From: Salpingoeca rosetta
Taxonomy: Eukaryota > Protista > Choanoflagellata
Reading direction: 5' to 3'
Length of the DNA stretch: 26,628 nucleotides
Assembly (NCBI GenBank): GCA_033442325.1
Contig: JAWQFM010000034.1
Span: 641,150 to 667,777, forward strand
Shown: positions 21,601-26,628 of the stretch, piece after piece
Position numbering within the stretch: the stretch's first letter is position 1
Layout: each line of letters opens with the position of its first letter
Position numbers and translations under genes: made by a program
Notes under the pieces: generated by a model
The model's database searches: none
What the model was told of the DNA's origin: nothing
What the model saw: the letters and a program-made list of their open reading frames with translations, nothing else

Positions 21601-24600
21601 AGCGTGGCTAGAACCCAGTCTGCACGGACACGGTCCAGCTCAGCCGGTACGGTCATAGTGCTGGGCAGGATTTCAAGCCACGTTGTTGGCCGTTGCGGAT
21701 CTGGTGTCATCTCAACCCGCACGGTGGGCGCGTCCTGGCCACAGCGCTGCAGGTACACGGCAAAGGCTCCAAACTGGCAGTCACGCAGGAGGGCATATGC
21801 CTGCTCGCCCGCAAACAGGAACGGGTCCGCAGCGAAGGGCTGAACGAAGGAAGCGCCATGCAGCGAGCACGAGCGCCACTCCTGTGCACAGGCGGAGCCG
21901 TCGCCAAAGCACACACCACAGGCGTCTCTGACAGAGCCGAGATCCGGCACAAGCTGTGCACACGCGCGCTCGTACTCCGACACAGCGGCGCAGGCAAGGC
22001 CCTGCCGCCAGGTATCAACGGCATCCGCCGGGATACTGGGAGGTGCCGCGGCGCAGAAGGCGCTCAGGCACGAGCGATAGTACGCGGCTGGGTCGAGCAC
22101 GGCAAGGCACGGGCCGAGCGAACCGCCAGGGGCGGTCATGCGGTCGCAGTACGCCTCAGCAGCCGCACGGGTGGTGCTTGTTGCGGTGTCGCACGGGTGG
22201 GTGGTGGTTGCAGGTGGGGCAACGCAGGCTTCATCTGGAGGCTGAAGCGCAGAATCTGGGCGCACCGTCACCTGCCGTGTTGAGGAAGACGAAGCGTCAC
22301 CGCTATCGCCGCTCACATCCGCAACATCAAGCAGTGAGGACACACCGAGGGACGCGGGCCAGCACATGCCGACGATGTTGGCGGTGCTGGCGGTGCTGGT
22401 GTGTATGCGCACACTGGTTGCACCAGCAGAGATGGAGATGCCAAACGCCGGCACCACAAGCGTAACCAGCGACGCGGACGAGCGGAACAGGCGTGTGTCA
22501 TCTGAGGGGTTGACAATGTGCACGGGGTCCGTGGGCGCAAACGCTCTTGAGAGTGGCTGGCCATCGGCATCACCAGACGCCTCGTGGCTCACGACCGTGC
22601 CGTCGCTGTGAATCTCAAGATGCCAGCCGTTGTGGCGAGCAATCGCCAGCACATACGCGCCAGACGCCTGGCGTTTGACCGTGACCATGAAGCTGCGTGG
22701 GTCCTCGCGGTCGCCCACGAGCAGCAACTCACAGCCCGTTGCCGTGCTCAGCAGCGAATCGGCCGCAAAGGGAACAAGCGTGTGGGTGTCGAGCAGGCTG
22801 CACTGGAGCTGATCCTGGGGCCCACAGTCCTCGCCGGTGCCATAGCACACGCCGCATCGATCCCGCACAGAGGACACGTTGTACAGCAGCCCACCAGATC
22901 GGGCAGCACATGCCCGCTCGTACAGGGTGAGCAGCTGACACGCCTCCCGCCTTGCCTCTGCTTGGCTTTCGGCGAAACAGGCGCGGGCAACGCACAGGTT
23001 ATGATAGGCTGCTGGCTCCTCCAGCGAGAAGCAGCTGTCCTTGTACGGGCTGACCTCTGACACGGGGTCAAGGTCAGCACACAGCATCGCAGCAGAGGTG
23101 CATGACGTGTTGGCCGGGGGAGGGAGCACCACAGGGTCCTCGGGAACAGAGCAACCACCGGTGACAGATGAGGCCAGGAGCTGCGAGGCCCCGGCAGCGT
23201 CCAGTAGCGTTGTGCTTCCACACGCGGCGGCGTTGCCTGCGACAACGGCGCTGGTTGCCATCACGCGCACCATGGAGGTAGAGGACGCAGCAACGGCCAC
23301 CACAACGCGAGCAAGCACGCCCACGGGCTGCCTGATAAAGTCGGTGTTGTTTGAGTACCTCTCAGTCCCGGGTGCACTGCCGCTGTATACGGTAAGCAGC
23401 AGCTCCGTCGAAGTGCGCTCCAGCAGAGCGTGCTGCAACCTGACAGGGAAGCCCGTGGTCGTGCGGCCGTTCACCACGGCAACGTTGGGCTGCCGTGGAT
23501 CAAGTGTGAAGGCAGCACTCGTGTGGGACGCCGTGTGGTTCACGACCATGTGCACCACGCCAACGACTGGCGACACGGACACGGAAACACCTGCAGCACG
23601 CAGCAGGGTCAGGTCACACACATCGTTCTGCTCGCCAAGCGCGAGCGCGGTGCGATCGGAGGTGGCATCAGGGCGGAAGGTCAGCAGGGACGCCTGCGTC
23701 GCCGAGCACTCGTTGGGCAGGCTGCAGCTCGTGCCGTCACCGCGGCACACGCCGCAGCGATCAAACACCGAGGCAGCACCGCGCACACCTGCGGAGAAGC
23801 AGAGCGCCTCCACGTTGCCGAGGAAGCCGCACGCCGTCTCACGTGCCAGGGCAGGGGTGGAGGCCAGGCACACGCGGGCAACGCACGACGCGTACGCCCT
23901 GTTGAGGTCAAGCGCCTGCTCGCAGGGGGCGTACTGACCAGACGCGAGCACCTGACACTCCAGCTGTGCGCGCATCGCAGCCTCAGGGCTGGCACACCCT
24001 GGTGCCGGGTCTTCCGGCCCGGTGCACGTCGTCTGCTGGAACAGCACGCTGTCACCCAAACGCTGCTGGCTGGCCACGACGCTTTGTGGGAGATCACCAT
24101 CGCCCGCGAGCTCGCTCGCAGTGCACAATCCAGTCACGTTGAGGCTCACCGAGGTCCTTGGACCAGGGCTGTTGAGAAGTGAGTCTCCAGCATGCAACAG
24201 CACGTTGGTGTCCATGCGAACAATGTCCCTGTGCACGGACAGTGACCAGCCAGTTTGTGCAGAGATGCGTCCCTTGACGAGGCCATGAAGCAGCGTGACC
24301 GCCGTCGGCGAGGTGAGCACCAGCTGCCCAAAGCCAGCGCTGGCACCGACACGCATGGGCCAGGTGGAAGCGCCGGTGTCCAGCGCCGTTCCGTTCACCC
24401 AGACACCAACGGCGCCATCGTCACCCACGCGCAGCTCAACGACAGCACCCGAATCATCAGACACAGCGAGACCGCGCCCGCCCTCCTGGAACTGCACAAC
24501 AATGCTGGATGAGCTCACGGACGTGACGTTCTTCGATGTGGTCGTGTTTCCAACTGTTTGTTCGACCGTCGTCACTTGTGTCTCGACGCGAGAGACACGC

Positions 24601-26627
24601 ACGGCCTCATACGTGCACGAGCCAAGGAAGTCGTGAGTCGCGCCATCAAAGGTGGTGAGGGCATCAATCGTGGGAGACAGGGAGCACGTTGCGCCAGGGA
24701 AGGCGGTTGGATCCTGCACATCGCAGCCTGACCCATCGCCAAAGCACACACCACACACATCCCGGGTCTCGGTCGGCAGCTGCACGCCGCACTGGCGGTC
24801 AAAGGTGGAGATGACATCACACGCAGCCTCAGCACCGGCGTCAGCGTCGCTCGCGCTGCAGAAGGCCTCCATGCATGACACGTGAAACTCGGCCGCTTGA
24901 AGCGTCGTCGTGGGGCACTGAGATGCGAGCGCGGCGAGCGTGGCATTGTCTGAAAGCGCGTGACAGAAAGTTTGCGCGGCTTCCACAGTCGTGGCAGCAG
25001 CGCCCTCGCAGGTAGCGCGGGGCGTGACCGGCGGCTCTGGCGCCGTTTCGCACGCCGCATCCGCGCCAATGGCGTTGTTGGTGGCAGGCACCATGTGCGA
25101 GGCCAGGTTGGCGCTGGTGAACTGCGCCGGCGTCAGGGTGCACGCACCGCAGCTGCCAGAAGCGCTTCCCACGCCCTCGCTCGGACCGCTAACCTCCACG
25201 TCCGACCGGGAAATGGTCACACGCAGAGGCAGGGCAGGAACAGCGAGCGACAACTCCCCTGCAAGCGTTGAAATGAGCGTGCGGATACCGCGAGTGGCGC
25301 CGAGGTACGCGCCCGAGCCCACAACGACCGGCATGCCGTTCACTTGCACAGTTACAGCCGCGCCCGCCTGTTGTTGCTGCTGGGCGGAGAACATGCTTGC
25401 AGGCTCAACCACCACTGTGTCGTTCTGGAACCGAACGGCAATGGCAACCACCGCGCTGTCTTCGGAGAACTTGGCCTCCACGCTAAAGTCTGTGCCGGCA
25501 TCCTCCGCAACGCGCTCGGCGCAGGCACCCAACAAGCGGTAGAAGCACACGGGGTACGCATACTGAGCCGACGAGCTGGCCAGCGTCTTGAAGAGCCCAC
25601 GGTACCTGTACCGACACGTACTCCATGCACGGCACGTCTGCACCTGCCACGCATCACTGGACGTCGCCTGCGACAGCAACGCGGTTGCATCGAGGCAGTC
25701 GCCACAAGCGTCCTGCACGCTGCCGTCCAGGTGGACGCCGGCGTCAACACAGGCCTGTTCATACGCGCGCAGTGCTGTGCATGGGACCTGGGAATCGCAC
25801 GGCGCCGCCACGCACGCGTCGTAAAACGGTTGCGGATCAACGGCAACATGGCAGGGGGAGAACAGCCCAAAGCGCGAGGAAATGAGCTGGCACGCGGTGC
25901 TGTCATCGCCCGTGTCTGCGGCACCGGAAGAGGTGCAGGCATCAGGTGGGAACTCGGGGTCTGAGCACGTGCGGTTGGCAAACTTGAGCAGGTGGCTCGA
26001 GTACCCAACCAGCTGACGCGCCCCGAAAAAGTAGGCATCGCTGGTGTCAGTCACGCTGAGCTGCGTGTCGTCGCCCGCAACGCCGTTGAAGTTGCCGCAG
26101 AGGCCGCACAATGCGCCCCCACGCCACTGCGCACCATTCGCCTGCACAGACACCACGCCATCCGGCACACGCCACAGCACACGTACCCCAAGCCGGGCAG
26201 AGACAATCTCAAAGCCCCAAAGGCGGCGATACATCGTGACTTCGTTGCTGGTGGTGAAGGGGAAGTGGGGGATCACGTCGGGGCCCAGGTACGCCTGCCA
26301 GTCCTCATCCGCACTGGCCAGGCTTGAGTACAACGACACAGGATCTTCTGAGAAGGAGCGGAGCGCAACGCCAACGACACACCGCTGAGAGCCGTCACCA
26401 CAGGCCGCAAGCGTCGCCTGCACCTCAAACGCGTCGGACTCGCAGTCCTTGGCGACGACGTAGGTGCACATGCCGGGGAACTGCCACACGTGCTCATCAA
26501 AGGTTTCAATGAGCATGCCGTCGCGCACGGTGCAGGTCGCATCTGCCGCGCACGTGGAACCGTCACCGTCGCACACGCCACAGCGATCCACCACAGCGGC
26601 GTCGCGCGTGTGGCCCTCGGCGATGCA
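3..26627 (-). CDS. Giant single-pass membrane glycoprotein with ~23 VWD, C8, 3 LamG/pentraxin-like and EGF-like domains (FCGBP/zonadhesin/mucin-like); partial at both ends; three apparent 1-nt frameshifts
   Basis: Four minus-strand frame segments join into one continuous domain series. The frame is open at the 5' edge (CIAEGHTRDAAVVDRCGVC) and the 3' edge (...HLCTTRLSGK). It contains recurrent TFDG, GDPH and CGLCGNF VWD signatures, C8 cysteine patterns, EGF motifs and one TM helix. Confidence 0.9.
705..785 (-). other. Single transmembrane helix
   Basis: WPFYLTIIVSGVCIVFMFVWYIIITLY is followed by TRNK (basic inside) and preceded by acidic NDDDD. Confidence 0.88.
1290..2250 (-). other. LamG/pentraxin-like domain 3, split by Gly-rich and Ser-Gly inserts
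   Basis: LAVEGWVKPG...NLWAHITVTWRP...FEGHMDEVRFWNRPIS...LLMHTNFD. Confidence 0.75.
1869..1973 (-). repeat. Coding hexamer repeat encoding G(SG)17
   Basis: Plus-strand (GCCAGA)n and (CCGCTT)n runs read as 35 alternating Gly/Ser codons on the minus strand, using several synonymous codons. Confidence 0.9.
2376..2620 (-). repeat. Thr/Ser-rich mucin-like stalk
   Basis: Translates as ITTTVPAPTTPLSNATTPANAT...TSSSTTTTTTTTTT, with several N-x-T sequons. Confidence 0.8.
2628..3410 (-). other. Cluster of about five tenascin-like/laminin-like EGF repeats
   Basis: CPGEPDCSNRGVC...CLCDPNFQGADC; CGSHGEC...CACDAGFTGPTC; CSGHG...CLCQRGWAGPTC; CGGHGDC...CDCDARFTGDNC. Further EGF pairs lie at ~3966-4225 and ~6195-6450. 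Confidence 0.85.
4700..5565 (-). other. LamG/pentraxin-like domain 2
   Basis: VTFEVSVKP...NKWHQLSVVW...FVGDVDELRLW...AGMWKFDEGSG. Confidence 0.8.
6765..7520 (-). other. LamG/pentraxin-like (ConA fold) domain 1
   Basis: FVMIEFLVKP...NAWNHITLVWSR...FVGCVDEIRIF...VSLWKFDDGAG matches the Laminin_G_3/pentraxin pattern. Confidence 0.8.
7620..15570 (-). other. Array of nine VWD-C8 modules (VWD13-21)
   Basis: VWD starts fall near 15515, 14650, 13630, 12720, 11900, 11090, 10310, 9360 and 8460, with motifs such as RTFSGYENAFSGICDYVVAKDC, RVCGLCGNMNG and NLCGLCGHFSG. Boundaries are approximate. Confidence 0.75.
13821..13847. repeat. (GCT)9 microsatellite encoding poly-Ser within a C8 loop insert
   Basis: Nine perfect GCT units read SSTTTN-S9-DTIGSGGD on the minus strand. 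Confidence 0.85.
15680..16759 (-). CDS. Segment 3: GDPH-type VWD12 (repeat copy 2), Pro-rich linker, start of a C8 domain
   Basis: ORF 15590..16795 is a paralog of segment 2 and ends in C8-like CFALADAQGPLATCLETVDPTDFISSCRDAVC. Confidence 0.85.
15855..17590. repeat. Direct tandem duplication, two copies of ~0.88 kb
   Basis: 17141-17589 matches 16260-16708 (offset 881) with 3 mismatches by eye. The remainder aligns at offset 887 after a 6-nt indel and is clearly more diverged. Confidence 0.93.
16760..17878 (-). CDS. Segment 2: end of VWD10, Thr/Pro linker, GDPH-type VWD11 plus short Cys-rich helical module (repeat copy 1)
   Basis: ORF 16675..17850 contains TVKVDVP...LEGLCG, which completes VWD10, followed by CTSAGDPHFTTFDGARFDFYGVGEFYLL. 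Confidence 0.85.
17879..26627 (-). CDS. Segment 1: ten tandem VWD(-C8) modules (VWD1-10)
   Basis: This is the 2925-aa ORF in the track (e.g. ETFDEHVWQFPGMCTYVVAKDC, GALCGLCGNFNG, FGDPHYVTLD, HFVTFDGSAYDYAGTCSYILAKDC). The frame continues upstream of the called GTG to the window edge. Domain-like sequence is lost after FSDGSTL at ~17880. Confidence 0.9.
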
Positions 26628-26628
26628 C

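Noticed and set aside
14460-23744. RGD tripeptides at 14460-14468, 21498-21506 and 23736-23744
   Set aside because: A few are expected by chance in ~8,900 Gly/Asp/Arg-rich residues, and one lies within the Cys linker motif. There is no supporting context.
4-26512. Numerous plus-strand and off-frame minus-strand ORFs (up to 421 aa)
   Set aside because: These are shadow ORFs of a GC-rich, codon-biased gene. They are Arg/Ala/Ser/Pro-rich, show no recognisable domains, and lie wholly within the real CDS.
7623-26590. Recurring ~35-nt element (ccgtcgccaaagcacacgccgca-like) as a CRISPR or dispersed DNA repeat
   Set aside because: Spacing is ~900 nt and variation is largely at synonymous positions, so it is the coding sequence of the CGVCxGDG motif.
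26592-26594. GTG start called for the 2925-aa ORF
   Set aside because: The frame is open upstream to the window edge and encodes the end of a C8 domain. No signal peptide is present, so this is an internal Val.
3-26627. Assigning a gene symbol such as FCGBP, ZAN, SSPO, VWF or MUC
   Set aside because: The domains are shared but the architecture differs (no TIL, MAM, TSP1 or cystine knot seen; LamG-C8 units and an NPxY tail present), so orthology is unsupported.

Overview
The whole 26.6 kb window appears to be the interior of one giant, GC-rich, apparently intron-free eukaryotic gene on the minus strand. It encodes at least ~8,870 aa of a single-pass (type I) cell-surface glycoprotein. The frame is open at both window edges, so neither the start nor the stop codon is visible. 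The ORF track misses the C-terminal ~5,200 codons (3..15679) because that frame runs off the window without a stop. N-to-C architecture by hand translation: ~21 tandem von Willebrand D (VWD) domains, mostly paired with C8 and joined by a DxCGVCxGDGxxC mini-motif; then [LamG-C8-EGF2-VWD]x2, an EGF cluster, a Thr-rich stalk, a LamG carrying a (Ser-Gly)17 insert, C8, a TM helix, and a cytoplasmic tail with NPxF/NPxY motifs. The frame is broken three times within 2.2 kb (~17878, ~16760, ~15680). Each break is repaired by GG->GGG on the coding strand, and all lie in or next to a recent ~0.88 kb tandem duplication of a GDPH-type VWD cassette, so they are probably sequencing errors. The domain mix and tail suggest a holozoan such as a choanoflagellate (inference). 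Most notable are the very large VWD array using a non-TIL linker, the serglycin-like glycosaminoglycan-attachment tract, the GDPH and furin-type cleavage sites, and the inserted, partly homogenised duplicate cassette.
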